NCBI RefSeq assembly: GCF_009834535.1
Contig: NC_045697.1
Span: 35,776,001 to 35,840,000 of the forward strand
Length of the DNA stretch: 64,000 bases
Direction: 5' to 3'
Origin: Camelus ferus
Lineage: Eukaryota
The position numbers were made by a program, and so were the translations under genes. Below, in pieces: positions 49,173-61,430 of the stretch (within the stretch, counting starts at the first letter, position 1; every line of letters starts with the position of its first letter). The notes beneath the pieces are model-generated. The model was not told the DNA's origin, searched no databases, and saw only the letters and a program-made list of their open reading frames with translations.

Positions 49173-51530
49173 CTATTCTCTAAGATAGACCACATGTTAG
49201 ACCACAAAAGAAGTCTCAATAAATTTTAAAAGACTGATGTTGTATAAAGTATCTTTTCCAACCACAGTGGAATGAAATTAGAAATCAATAAAAGAAGGAA
49301 ATCTGGATTATTCACTGATGTGTGGAAATGAAACAACACACTCTTAAACAAAGAAGAAAACACAAGGGAAGTTAGAAAACACTTCGAGAGACTCATGAAA
49401 ACTAAAACACAACATACCAAAACTTGTGAGATACAGCAAAAACAGTGCTCAGAGGGAAATTTATAGCTACAAACATGCTAAAAAAATCCTCAAATCTCTA
49501 ACATAGCCTTCCACCTGAAAGATCTAGAGGAAAAAAAAAAAAAAGCAAACTAAACCCAAAGCAACAGAAATAAAAGTGATTACAAGAAAATACTCCAGGC
49601 AATTTTATGACCTAGTTTGATGACCTAGATGAACTGAACAAGTTCCTAGAAATATACAAGCTACCAAACCTGACTCAAAGTAGAAACAGAAAATCTGAGT
49701 CAACATATAACTAGTAATAAAGCTGAATCAATCAGCAAAAAACTTCCATCAAGAAAAATTCAAAACCAGATAGCTTCAATGGTGAATTTTATCAAATGTT
49801 TAATACCAATCCCTCTCAAACCCTTCAGAAAAATAGAGAGGAGGGAACACTTCCTAACTCATTCTATGAGGCCAGTATTTCTTTGATACCAAACTAGACA
49901 AAGACATCACAAGAAAAAAATTATAAACCAGTATCTTTTAAAAATATCAATGCAAAAATTCTCACCAAAATACTAGCAAACCAAATCAAGCAACAGAAAA
50001 ATATACTATGATCAAGTGAGATTTATCCCAAGAATGCATGGTTGATTAAACACATGAAAGTAAATCAGTGTAATACACAGCATTGATAGAATGAAAAAAT
50101 AACCACATGATCACCTCAACTGATGTAGAAAAGCATTTGACAAAATCCAATACCCTGTCATGATAAAAGCACTCAACAAAATAGGATTAGAAGGGAACTT
50201 CAACATGATAAAGGACACCTATGAAAAATTCTAGGTAGCATCATATTCAAATGTGAAAGACTAGAAGATTCCCCCCCAAGAACAGGAACAGACAAGGATA
50301 CTGTTTTTTGCCTCCTTTATTCAACACTCTACTGGAAATTCTAGCCAGAGCAACTAGAAAATAAGAAATAATAAGCATTTAAATTCAAAGAAAGTAGTAA
50401 AGCTTTCTTTCATTGCAGATGATTTAATCTTATACTGTTTAGAAAATCCTTTAAAAATCTGTAAAAAATTATTGTAACTAATAAATGAATTCATCAAAGT
50501 TGCAGAATACAAGACCAAAATATAAAAATCAGTTATATTTCTATATTATTACAATGAACAATCATGAAATGAAGAACACATTTCCATTTATAATAGCATC
50601 AAAAAGAATAAAATACTTAAGAATAAATTTAACTGAGGAAATGAAATCCTTGTACGCTGAAAGCTACAAAACATTGTTAAAAGAAAATTTTAAAATCTTA
50701 ATAAATGAAAAAATGTAGGGATAAGTATTTATGTCCTCAAATTTGACAATGGACTCTTAGAAACAACACCAAGAATGTGAGCAACAAAAAGGAAATATAC
50801 ATAAATTGGATTTCATCAGAATTTAAAACTTTCATATCTCAAAGCATACATCAGTTAAGTGGAAAGACAACACACAGAATGTGAAAAAATAATTACAAAT
50901 CATATATCTGATAAAGATCTAGTATTCAGAATATATTTTGAAAAAATCCTTCCAATGCAAAAACAAAAAGACAAATACCCAATTATGGAAAATAAATTGA
51001 TGGTTCCTCAAAGGGTTAAACATAGGCTTCATATGACACAGCAATTCCTCCTGTAGGTACATACCAAAGAGAGCTGAAAACATGGGTTACACAAAACTTG
51101 TATACTTATATCCAACGCAGCATTATTCCCAATAGCCAACAGGTGTAAACAACACAATTTCCATTAACTGATGAATGGATAAGTGAAATGCGGTACATCC
51201 ATACAATGGAATATTATTCAATTACAAAAAATGAATTTGTAATACATGCTACAACATAAATGAGACCAGAAAACATCATGATAAGTAAAAGAAACCATAT
51301 GTATGATTCCATTTATATGAAATGTGAAGAACAGACAGACTCATAGGGACAGAAAATAAACTGATAATTGTCCGGGACTGGAGGATGAGGGAAGCGGGAA
51401 GTGACTTTTATTGGTAAGAGGTTTCTTTTGGGGTGATGGAAATATTCTGGAAAAAGTGGTAATGGTTGCACAACATTGTAAATATCCTAAAAACAACTGA
51501 ACTGTATACTTTAAAATAGATAAAATGTTA
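49173..51530 (+). mobile_element. L1MB-like LINE: EN C-terminus through RT to 3' UTR, with internal deletions
   Basis: FSKIDHMLDHKRSLNKF in ORF 49014; cttcctaactcattctatgaggccag; FPFIIASKRIKYLRINLTEEMKSLYAESYKTLLKE in ORF 50485. Confidence 0.9.
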
Positions 51531-51579
51531 GTGGGAAACTACTGGCATATCTTATCCTTAAGTAAAATATCATAAAGCT

Positions 51580-53465
51580 GGAATAAAAATGAATGAACTA
51601 AAAAAATTAATGAACTAGAAAATAGAAAAACACTTATAAAATGAATGAAAACAAAAGGTGATTTTTTGAGAGGATCAATAAAATTGACAAACTTTTAGCC
51701 AGACTTAGGGAAAAAAGGGAAAAGACACAAATCATCAGGATGAGGAATGGGCAGGATGACATCATTACTAGAATTCTAGAATAAGAGAAAATTATGAATA
51801 ACTTTACAACAAAAGTTCAACAACTAAGATGAAACGGACTAATTCTTAAAAGACACAAATTACCAATGCTTAAAAAGAATATATATATATTATAATATAT
51901 TCTGTATATATTAAAAAAAAACTGAACTTGTAGTTCAACTTTCTCACAAGTAAAACCCCAGACCCAAATAGCCTCACTAGGGAATTCTATCAAATACTTA
52001 AGGAAATGCTAAGAAAAATTAAATATACAAATAAATGGAGAGATACACAGTGTTCTTGGATCAGAAGACTCAATATTGCTAAGATATTAATTCTCTGCAA
52101 ATCAACCTACAGATTCGGCACAATCCCAGCACAAAATCTCAAGAGGGTTTTTTAGAGAAGTTAACAAGAGGACTGTAAAATTTGTATGGAAATACAAAGA
52201 GCCTAAAATAGCCAAAACACTTTTGAAAAAGGAGAAGTTGAAGACCTGTCTTTAAGACTTATTATAAACCAAGACAGTGTGATATTGGCTGTCAAGATGG
52301 GCAAATACATCAAGAGAACAGAATAAAGAGTCCAGAAATAGACCTACCCATATATGGTCAATTAATTTTCAACGAAGATGTAAGGACACATCAGTAGTGA
52401 AAGGATAGTCTTTTCAACAAACAGTGCTGGAAAGATGGTATATTCGTGTGTAAAACAGTCAATTCCAGAGCATCCCATACATAAAAGTTAACTCAAAATG
52501 TATCACAGACCTAAATGTAATGGTGTAAGTACTCTGGAAACCTCTTTGGCAGTTTCTAAAAATGCTGAACATACACCTAGCACATAACCCAGGCATTTCT
52601 CTCTTAGGCATTTATCAAAGAGAAATGAAAGATTATGTCCATACAGAGACATACATAAATGTCCTCAGCAGCCTTATTTGTATTTATCATAATCACAACC
52701 TGAAAACAATCCAAATGCCCATCAACAAGCACCTTAGTCTGTTCAGGCTGCTATAACAAAATACCACAACTGACTAGCTTATAAATAACAGAAATTTATC
52801 TCTCACAGTTGGAGGCTGGCAGTCTGAGATCAGAGGGCCTCTTCTGGGCTGCAGGCTTTCTACTGTATCCTCACATTGACAGAAGAGGCAGGCAAACTCT
52901 CTGGGGCCTCTTCTTATAAAGGCACTCATCCTATCCATGAGGCCTCTGTCCTCATAACCTGATCACTTCCCCAAGGCCCCACTTCCTAATTCATCACTTG
53001 GGCCTTACCTTTCAAAGTATAAATTTTAGGGGGAAAACAAGCATTCACACCATGACAACGGGTGAGTAGAAAAACAAATTATGCTATATCCATACAATGG
53101 AAGAATACTCAACAATAAAAATGAATGAGCTTTTGCTACATGCAAAAACACAGGTGAATCGCAAGGCAGACAAAAAAGTGTACATGCTCTATGATTCCAT
53201 CTATATAAAATTCTAGAAAATGCGAACTAAAACAGGATGACAAAGAGAAGATCAGTGGTTGCTAGAAACGAGGGAGGCAGGAAAATGAGGGAGGCAAGAA
53301 TTAAAAAGGAACATAAGGAAACTTTGGAGAGTGGAGGATATATCCATTATCTTAATTGGGGTGATGGCTTCATAAACATGCTCATATGTCAAAATTTATC
53401 ACACTGTACCCTTTAAACATGGGTAGTTTATCGTACCTCAATTATACCTTAATAAAGCTGTTTAG
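51580..53465 (+). mobile_element. L1MD-like LINE fragment, interrupted by MLT1A
   Basis: gatcaataaaattgacaaacttttagccagact; agtccagaaatagacc; 3' UTR ctatataaaattctagaaaatgc...attataccttaataaagctg. Confidence 0.8.
52730..53057 (-). mobile_element. MLT1A-like MaLR solo LTR
   Basis: cttagtctgttcaggctgctataacaaaatacc...gatcacttccccaaggccccacttcctaat; TSD-like acaag / acggg. Confidence 0.85.
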
Positions 53466-53474
53466 AGAAATAAC

Positions 53475-54812
53475 TATATTTTCCAAAACAAATTTAGTGA
53501 GAACAGTGTCATTGCTCGACATTTTTGCACATCTGTTTTATGTCATGCTTAATAAAAGACAGCTGGATGCTCATATCTACTTGCTGAGTTCAGTACATTG
53601 CATTACATTGTTTTAGTTTACATATACAAAGAAAACCCATCTTCATACAAATATATGGTTGGACAAGGGAGAAATAGTTCGATAGCCTTTTCAGATGATT
53701 GTGGATATTCTTTCTTGATAGCGCATCAAAACTTGACAAATGGCAGTTTCTTAAAGGGTAATTTCAGTGTGGATTAAACCAGATTAATTAATTTTCCACA
53801 CTTGGTTATATTAAAACCCTTTGGTCCATTTTATAGTGTGAGTGGATCTTTTCCCATGCAGAGTTGTATAACAGCACGCATTGGTCATTTAGAGAATATT
53901 GGTTCGCTGAGTTATGCAGATCTTACAGATTGTTGACACATTTCATTTTATATATAATATCACTTTTATGTAATATCAATATTATATAAAAAAATGAAAT
54001 ATGTCAACATCTGAAAAGTCTGTGTGTGTATATATTTCAATAATATACCACTGATCTTATCACACAGTCTTCAAGAATTGAAAAGCTGTCAAATTCTAAT
54101 TTCCACTTGAAAACTCAAATTTTATAACTGGCAACAGATGCTGTTAGTGATTTTTCTTGAAATAACAGTCTCATTTTATTCATTTTCTAGAAAATGTCCA
54201 CCAAACATTCAAATCTAAATAACCATAGTTTCCATGTCAGTCATTCATTTAAAAAAAGTTTTTCCCTAAAAAAAGTGGCTAGTTCAGCTTGCAACTCAAT
54301 CTCACGAGGGCTTTTCCTGGGGACAACCATCATACCTTGGCATGCGGCAAAAGGGCTTTTTATGCACACATCTCATTTTGTAACACCAAATGTCAAAAAG
54401 CTGTTTACTCGAGGGTTGAGATTTAATATAGTCAGTTTTTACATCAAGGACATTCTTTTTTTTTTTTTTGGTGGGGGGAGGTAATTATTCATGTATTCAT
54501 TCTTGGAGGAGGTACTGGGGATTGAACCCAGGACTTCATGCATGCTAAGTATGCGCTCTACCACTTGAGCTATACCTTCCCCCTAAGGACATTCTTAAGT
54601 GAAGCTGGTAATTCTTTTTTCTATGGGTACATGATAGTGAATTAGGTATCAGGTGACAGTACAGTTTGGTGTAACTGCTTTCATTTTTGCTGCATCGTTA
54701 GCAGTTTTACCTAGCATTGTTTCTGAACTATCAGTCCAAACATTAACACAGTTAAAAAAAAAAGTCTCTGGGACCCCCATAGGTCCACAGACCACACTTT
54801 ACAAAATGCCGC
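53475..54812 (-). mobile_element. Charlie1(a/b)-like hAT DNA transposon fossil
   Basis: aatttagtgagaa...cttaataaaagacagctggat...gccttttcagat...aaaagtggctagttcagcttgcaactcaa...gtccacagaccacacttt. Confidence 0.8.
54458..54584 (-). mobile_element. Camelid tRNA-derived SINE (Vic-1 type)
   Basis: ggaggtactggggattgaacccagga...catgctaag...ctaccacttgagctataccttcccc; poly-T; perfect 12-bp TSD aaggacattctt at 54446-54457 and 54585-54596. Confidence 0.95.
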
Positions 54813-54910
54813 CTTAGCCTGAAAGCACAATGGTTTGTGCTTGACTTGCATCATCCTTCCTAGAAATCAGCGCACACTTAACAAGTCTAGCCAAGCTGAA
54901 GAATCCTACC

Positions 54911-55243
54911 TCACTCATCACCTAAGTATTTACTGAGTGCCTACTCTGGGCTAGGTCCAATTCTAGGCGCTGAGAATAGTGAGTAAGACGTAAGACTCAC
55001 TCCCTTAGATCCTACAGTCTAAAAGGGACAGACAGGCAACAAACAAAAAAGGAACAATAATAAACAAAAAGTAAATACTTAGGATGCCCAATGATGACAG
55101 CGTTACGGTGAAGCAAACATGTTTAGGGGACAGAGAGTGCTGGGGGGAAGGGGCGTGGTTTACACTGGGTGTCAGGGAAACCCTCACTGAGAAGATGTTT
55201 GAATTAAATCCTAAAAGAAGAAGAAAAGAGCTAAGTGTGCAGG
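54911..55243 (-). mobile_element. L2a 3' end
   Basis: aagtatttactgagtgcctactctgggctagg...ttctaggcgctgaga...gtcagggaaaccctcactgagaag. Confidence 0.8.
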
Positions 55244-55244
55244 A

Positions 55245-56190
55245 AATTACTACGAAACTGCCAAATACACATGGACATTGCAATAAAGCATCATGGAGTT
55301 ATTATAAGTCTTCAGAGAAGAATGTCCAGTTTTGAAAGTTGATGCAACATTGCAAATATTTACAAGCTTAGAAATTAAAATTTAAAGATCATCACATTTA
55401 GTGGAAAAGAGCACCGTTTTCACATGAAACTTCAGATGAACCACTTATTACTAAGGAAGACAAATTTAAAATTAATTTCTCTGTAAGATACAGCAATAAA
55501 GTAGATAAAAGGGCATTTTGAAACATATACAATTCATGAAGCCATATTCAGTTTCTTGAGCTGCTTCTACAAGTTACAAGCACTGTCAGAGGAAACATTA
55601 AAATATTATTATATAAATTTATACTTAATATTAAATTCAGACTTACACAGAGCAGGCTTGTATGAAGAGTTAAATCTTTTTAAAAAATTGTTCTGTGCGA
55701 ATCATAGATGTACAAAAATTTACATTTTCAAATAATTTATCAAAATGTATCCCAGTGTTGTTACAAACTGTAATCTTAATAACTCCAGTAACAGTTGTGT
55801 CAGCATAAAATCTTTCTCAAAATTAAAACTGAACAAAAATTATTTGCAATCCTGCATTTTCCAAGAGCAAATGATGCCTCTTTCAGTGATAGCAGTTGAA
55901 AATTAAGTTGCTAAAGGGATAAATTTTCCTTAACTAATAAGTGAATTGCCAGCGATGTAAGCCAGAAAAATCTTGTGATCAATCAAGTTATCACATTAAT
56001 TATAATTATGTATTGTATCACGTAAAAATATGGCACTACAAAAACTTCTTTCAGTTTGCAAATTTTTGTTGTTAGTCATATATCACTCTTAACTCTATTA
56101 AATTTTATAAGTAACAAAATGTTTTTCATGGAAAAAGTTTTATGTTTTAGTAAATTTAACAGCACTTCCCCACCCCCACCAGTTTTTTAA
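55245..56190 (+). mobile_element. hAT (Zaphod/Tip100-like) transposase fossil
   Basis: 55748-55948 translates, across stops and frameshifts, as YPSVVT../LITPVTVVSA*/SFSKLKLNKNYLQSCIFQEQMMPLSVIAVEN*VAKGINF, the hAT C-terminal dimerisation motif (TxPVTxASAERSFSKLK). Confidence 0.8.
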
Positions 56191-57339
56191 TAAAAAGCAC
56201 TTATCTGACAAAGACACCTGACAAAGGTTTTGCTGGATCTCGGTGTACTCTAATCAGAAGCATACTTCAGACCCTCCGCATCGTCCACACACCAACAGTG
56301 CAGGGCCTGGACCAGGACTTTATCTTCAGGTGCCTGCCTAGATGGACAATGAGTGATGCCCATCACAGGGATATCTTGACTTCTCTTATGGGCAACGCCA
56401 GGACACTCAGAAACTATTTTTGAAAAGATATTGATTGGAATATGGAGACTAAATAAACAACCCAATTATCACACATAGCTTAGTTAACTGTGACCACATC
56501 CATCTCAGAGGGAGGATATTTTTTCCACACAAAAGTAGTAGTTTTACTCAAGACCAATATTAATGTCGTTGACTGAAGTCAAAGTGGAAAGAAGAAACTT
56601 ATTCTCCAGACCTATAGGTTCCAGCTGGGGTCTAAATGAGAGCCAAGCATGTCTGGGCGCATTTGGTAAATTGGTGGGGTGGGTCTGCCAAATATTGACG
56701 AGCAGGAGGATGGAAGGCCTCCCAGGAGAACTTGTTCTGGGGGAAGAAGATGAATAAAAGCAACTGGGCCCAGTGAAGCATCTGCAGTGACTAGAGAGGA
56801 GGGGTGGCTCCTCTCTGGTCCAACCCCATAGCTGGGTCCTAGTGTTAAGGAGAAGAAAGCAAAAACTGTAACAGCTACTTGACTAGAGGGTGTGACTGTA
56901 AAGGAGATGATAAGGCAGGCTAAATGACTCCAGCTGATTACCAAGGGAAAGAAAGGCAGGACCTTTCTCTTATCCCCCAGCTGGCTCCTTGGTTCCAAGG
57001 ACATAGCCATACTGCAAGGTATTTTCTGTCCCACAACTGCTGCATCAATCCGAAGGACATACCCCACTGTCTCTTTCTCCCCCTGAAGCTTCTGTTTTAG
57101 GGCTGAGCTCCACAGGAGAAAAGAGCAGTAACAGAGGATGCTCAGCACCACCAGAATGAAGATAATGATGACAGAACCTTCAATAAAAGACCCTGAGGCC
57201 TGGTCCAGGGCTGAAGTGTCCCCACTGGCTATCTGCTTGACGGCTCCCTGCTCCAGTGTTTTCTCTTCTCTCTCTCAGCAGTGAAAACATCTCTTTCTTT
57301 CACTGTGTCCCTCTGACTCTATTGAGAATTCTTAGTCAG

Positions 57340-57656
57340 TGGGCAAGGATTTACTCACTAGTTGTTTCCATGCCTTGGTTATTAGGAATGATACTGCTGT
57401 GAATATGAGAGCGCACATAGCTCTTTGACATAATGATTTTTTTTCCCCTTTGGATGTGTATGTAGAAGTGGGATTGCTGAATCGTATGGTGGTTCTATGT
57501 TTAATTTCTTGAGGAGCCTCTGTACTGTTTTCCATGGTGGCTGTACCAGTCAATTAACTCAATGGCAGAAATCTTTTCACAGTGTTTACGTATATCAAAT
57601 CATCACCTTGTATACTTGAAATATCTTATGATTTTGTCAATTATACCTCAGTAAAG
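57340..57656. mobile_element. L1MA-like fragment with internal inversion (minus ~57340-57550, plus ~57551-57656)
   Basis: Minus part reads actggtacagccaccatggaaaacagt...ggaaacaact; plus part reads tatatcaaatcatcacc...tgtcaattatacctcagtaaag (3' terminus). Confidence 0.7.
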
Positions 57657-58165
57657 TCTTTTATGGACTCCAAAGCCCTATGTGATTTGCCCGCCCTCCC
57701 TCTGGCCATTCACTTTATCTCCGACTGTGGTCCCATTGCTCTCTTCCCTCAGCCACATGGGCTTCCTGGCTTTTCCTGCTGCATCTCGGGGAGTTTACAC
57801 TAGACATTCCTGCTGCCCGGAAGATTCTTTCTCCAAACAGCTGCATGGCTGCTCCCTCACTTTCCGCAAGACTCTGCTCAAGTGTCACTTTCCCCGTGAA
57901 GCCTTTTCTGGCCACCCTTTACAAATGCAAAGCTGCCCACCTCCTGGGACACTTCCTATTTCCATTCCCTGCCTCATTTTTCTCTCAATATATATCATCA
58001 CCTGCCATAAGATGTCTTGCACTAAATGGTTTTGTTTATTGTCTGGCCAAAAGAGTGAAAGCCCCACGGGGGCAGGGATTTTTGTCTGGTTTATCAGAAG
58101 TGTATCCCTAGCTCCACCAACAGTACCTGACCCTGTCGTAGGTGCTCAGTAAATAAATGAACAAA
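57656..58165 (+). mobile_element. L2a 3' region
   Basis: caaagccctatgtgatttgccc...catggctgctccctcacttt...ggggcagggatttttgtctg...gtaggtgctcagtaaata. Confidence 0.85.
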
Positions 58166-58946
58166 TACAGTTGTCATTCTAACTCTGCTCTGAGGCCATT
58201 GCTCCTGGAAAACCTCAATTTAAATATTTATAACCCTCTTAACACCAGCCCTCCCCTGGCATCTGGCAGTGACATGTGAAGTAAATGGTGCCTGGAAAAA
58301 CACAGTCCATCTCAGAAGCCTTAGAGACATTGGTAGGACAACAGAGATTATGGTTTTAGCTTGTTTCCTCGCATCGTTCATAAATCTAGAGCAGAGACTG
58401 GCAGGCAACAAGCCGGCCCAGGCTGCACAGCTGTTAGAAGGGACCTCTGATAGCCCCACTACCCCACCCCCAAGAAATCCAATAATCCTGTCCGAGAACC
58501 AGCTGGGCTCTGGCAAAATCCCCAGAATTCTGGGAAGCTCGGCCTCAGCACAGGAAGCACCAATTCTCCGCTCTGGGCCTGCTGACTGGCCCTTCCGCAC
58601 AGAAGAATCCTGGACTAACCTCTGGCTTCTCCTGGCCGGTCAGGCTCCTCCCCAGGGGCCTGCGGTCTCCTTGGGGCTGGAGCGTGAAGGATTGGACCCT
58701 GCATCCACATCCTTGCAGCTCCGTCGCCCAGATCACGGAGACCCTTACAGTGAGAGCTGTACCAGAAGGGAGCCGTCAGCTCCTATTTGCATCAAAGGTT
58801 AGAGCCTTGAAAAACATTTGGGACAGACCAGGCAAGCACGATAGGGGAGCTGTTGGGATCCGACACTGTGTCTGCCACCTGGGCTCTTGGCCTCGCTCTG
58901 GGCGGGACCCGCACAGCCGCCACTGCCCCAGGGCACCTCTGTAGAC

Positions 58947-58980
58947 TTGCAGTTCCCCGCTAGTCCGGTAGGAGGCAGCA
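58947..58980 (+). promoter_or_regulatory. Candidate CTCF site with upstream motif
   Basis: TTGCAGTTCC (58947-58956), then N5, AGT and core CCGGTAGGAGGCAGCA (58965-58980; 14/15 to CCRSYAGRKGGCRSY); local CpG retention. Confidence 0.65.
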
Positions 58981-59494
58981 TAGCCCCTCCTCGTCTGCTG
59001 GGCTTGGCCTCTCCACGGGCACTGATTCCAGACCTCTGGCTCAGCAGGAATAAACTCAGAAAAAAGATTTTATCTTCGGAAAACTCTATCACACCTCAAA
59101 TGTCAAGACTCTCCAAGAGTAATCGAGATTTTCCTCCTCCTCTTAAGGCCTCAAACTTTAAAACAATCATAAAATAAAAGGAGCCCTTGGGGTTACATCA
59201 CTTCCAACACCCTCGCTTAGAGATGAAGAAAAAGAAAAATTAAAGAACTAGAACTAGAAATAGATGAAGAGAAGCAAAGAGACTCAAATCTATATTTTAG
59301 TATTTGGTAGCAAATTGCTAAGTCATCTGAACCAAGCATAAAGCAATCAAGGAAAGAGAAAGTATCTGAATGAGGTGTTGGTTATCAATTTCTGGAAGGC
59401 AGGACTAAACTTTTAATAGGAAGACAGCTTATAAAAAGAACACGCAAGCAACCTTTAAGAAGAAACACCTGTACAATGATTTGGACAAGCACTG

Positions 59495-59809
59495 TGCACT
59501 AGACGTGAGTCACAAAGGCGAAGCTATGGACATAATTTTTAAGAGGCTGCTAGAACATTTTTGAAAGGTAAAAAGAAATAAGTGAAATTAATTCTCATAA
59601 TATTTTAATATTTAACCCATATATCAAATATATTTTCTTACCAAGTAATCGATAAAAAGTTATGTATGAGATCTTTCATGTTCTTTTTCTGCACTAAGTC
59701 TTGGAAAGCTGGTGTGGATTGTACACTTACAGCACCTCTCAGCACTGACCAGCCACGTTTCAAATTCTCAGAAGCCGTATGCTGGTGGTTGCTGTATTGG
59801 ACTGTGCGA
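59495..59809. mobile_element. MER33-like hAT-Charlie MITE
   Basis: gtaaaaagaaataagtgaaattaatt...tacacttacagcacctctca...agccacgtttcaa...gtattggactgtgc. Confidence 0.8.
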
Positions 59810-59948
59810 ACAGCAGGTTCATTCTGGACCTTGCAGAGCTTCAGGACACACTGCACAGACCCCCATGCTCACCAGAGCCCTCTGGAGAAATGTTTTATAC
59901 AAATGGAATATAATGGGCTGATAACCTTTGATCAAAAGGAGCTTCCTG

Positions 59949-60159
59949 GTGTTTTCTTTTTTTTAATTGAAGTATAGTTGGTTTACAATGTTGTGTTACT
60001 TTCTGGTGTACAACATAGTGATTCAGTTTTACATACACACACACACACACATATATATATTCCTATTCATATTGTCTTTCATTATAAGCTATTGCAAGAT
60101 ATTGAATATAGTTCCCTGTGCTATACAGTAAGACCTTGTTGTTCATCTATTTATAGAGA
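59949..60159 (-). mobile_element. 5'-truncated L1 3' end
   Basis: ttttaattgaagtatagttggtttacaatgttg...gttccctgtgctatacagta; TSD gagcttcctg at 59939-59948 and 60160-60169. Confidence 0.9.
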
Positions 60160-61002
60160 GAGCTTCCTGTTTCAAAATAACCTACTTTTAACTCCACCTC
60201 TTTTCCTCAGATAAAGTCCAGAAGGACACATGACAATCACATTGTTATTATTCTTAAACAGTGTGGACACGGTCAGGTCAAGACCAATGGAGTCTGATGG
60301 AGGAGGCTGTCCTGCTTTCTCCCAGAGGGACCTCACACTCCCTGACCCAGGAGGGTCCCATCCCATATCAGCAAGTCTGCTGAGCACAAACACACTGAAA
60401 ACACCAGGAATGATTTTCACAGAGCCGCCCACCCTTTCTTTTCTAGGGGCTAGTGGGAGAGGCAGCTGCCGTCAGAGTGGGTTAACTGAGGACCCACAGA
60501 ACACCTCCAGCAGATTGCTCCTTCCTGACAACAGTAGCTGAAAATGCAAAATCGCTTTCAGGATTTCCAGACACTTTTACGTGCTTGGGAAAAGAGAGCA
60601 GTTTCAGATTCAGCATCAAGATGGAGAACACAAAAGGCCACCCTGGACACCAGCAGAGAGAGGGTTAAAAGGCCTTGGAACCCCTCCTTCCCTGGTGGAG
60701 AAAAGGGTGCACACCAGTGTCCGTTCAGGGGTGCGGGTGGTTTGCACTCTGCCCTCCTCTGCAGCCTTTGATACGTGTTCTGTTATTGTTGCCTGGCACA
60801 GAAGTACAGGGCCAACCTCTGTGCACACCCCTAGCCGCCTCCCCAGGGGCTGCTGCTTTTCTGTCATCCTGGCAGTGACCTCTGATGTTGAGGGTTTCTT
60901 ACCAAACCATGAGCAGAGCTGCAGGCCAACCTTGACCCAGCCTCATCCTAACTGCATTGAAGTAAAACAAGCATCTGCCCTCAAAGGAGCCTGAGTCTTA
61001 TT

Positions 61003-61149
61003 AACTATATTCAATTTCTTGTAATAGCATATGATGGAAAAGAATCTGAAAAGAAAATATATATATGTATGTATGAATTGCTTTGCTGTACACCTGAAAC
61101 TAACACTGTAAATCAACTACACTTCAATAAAATATAAAATAAAAAAAGA
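61003..61149 (+). mobile_element. 5'-truncated L1 3' end
   Basis: aactatattcaatttcttgtaat...tgtaaatcaactacacttcaataaa plus A tail; possible short TSD agtctt. Confidence 0.85.
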
Positions 61150-61267
61150 AGTCTTGAAATCTAGAAGTTGTAACAGTGTGAGATGAATGGGTCACCATTT
61201 ATCAGGGTGACACTTATCAGAGACTTCAGAGCACTTACTTCACCCCCTGAAGTTATCTTCCCCATTA

Positions 61268-61430
61268 GTTTATTGACTCTCCATCTCCTCCCACTGGAAT
61301 GTATGTTTCATCAGAGCAGGGCTTTTACTCTTCTGGTTCATGGCTGCTTCTCCACCCCCTAAAATAGTTCCTGGCATGTGGTAGATGCTCAGTCGTTGTT
61401 TGTCAGATACACGAATAAACAAAACAAAAT
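61268..61430 (+). mobile_element. L2 3' end
   Basis: cccactggaatgtatg...agagcagggc...cctggcatgtggtagatgctca. Confidence 0.7.

Noticed and set aside
56612..57151. Longest ORF (179 aa, minus strand)
   Set aside because: Non-ATG start, no recognisable domain, and a length attainable by chance in 64 kb of six-frame mammalian DNA.
57101..57200. Possible terminal exon (ttttag acceptor at 57100, AATAAA at 57182-57187)
   Set aside because: Competing AG 12 nt upstream, weak downstream element and no partner exon; such signal pairs are common by chance.
58269..58802. 177-aa ORF on the plus strand
   Set aside because: GTG start, no recognisable homology; GC-richer sequence lowers stop-codon frequency.
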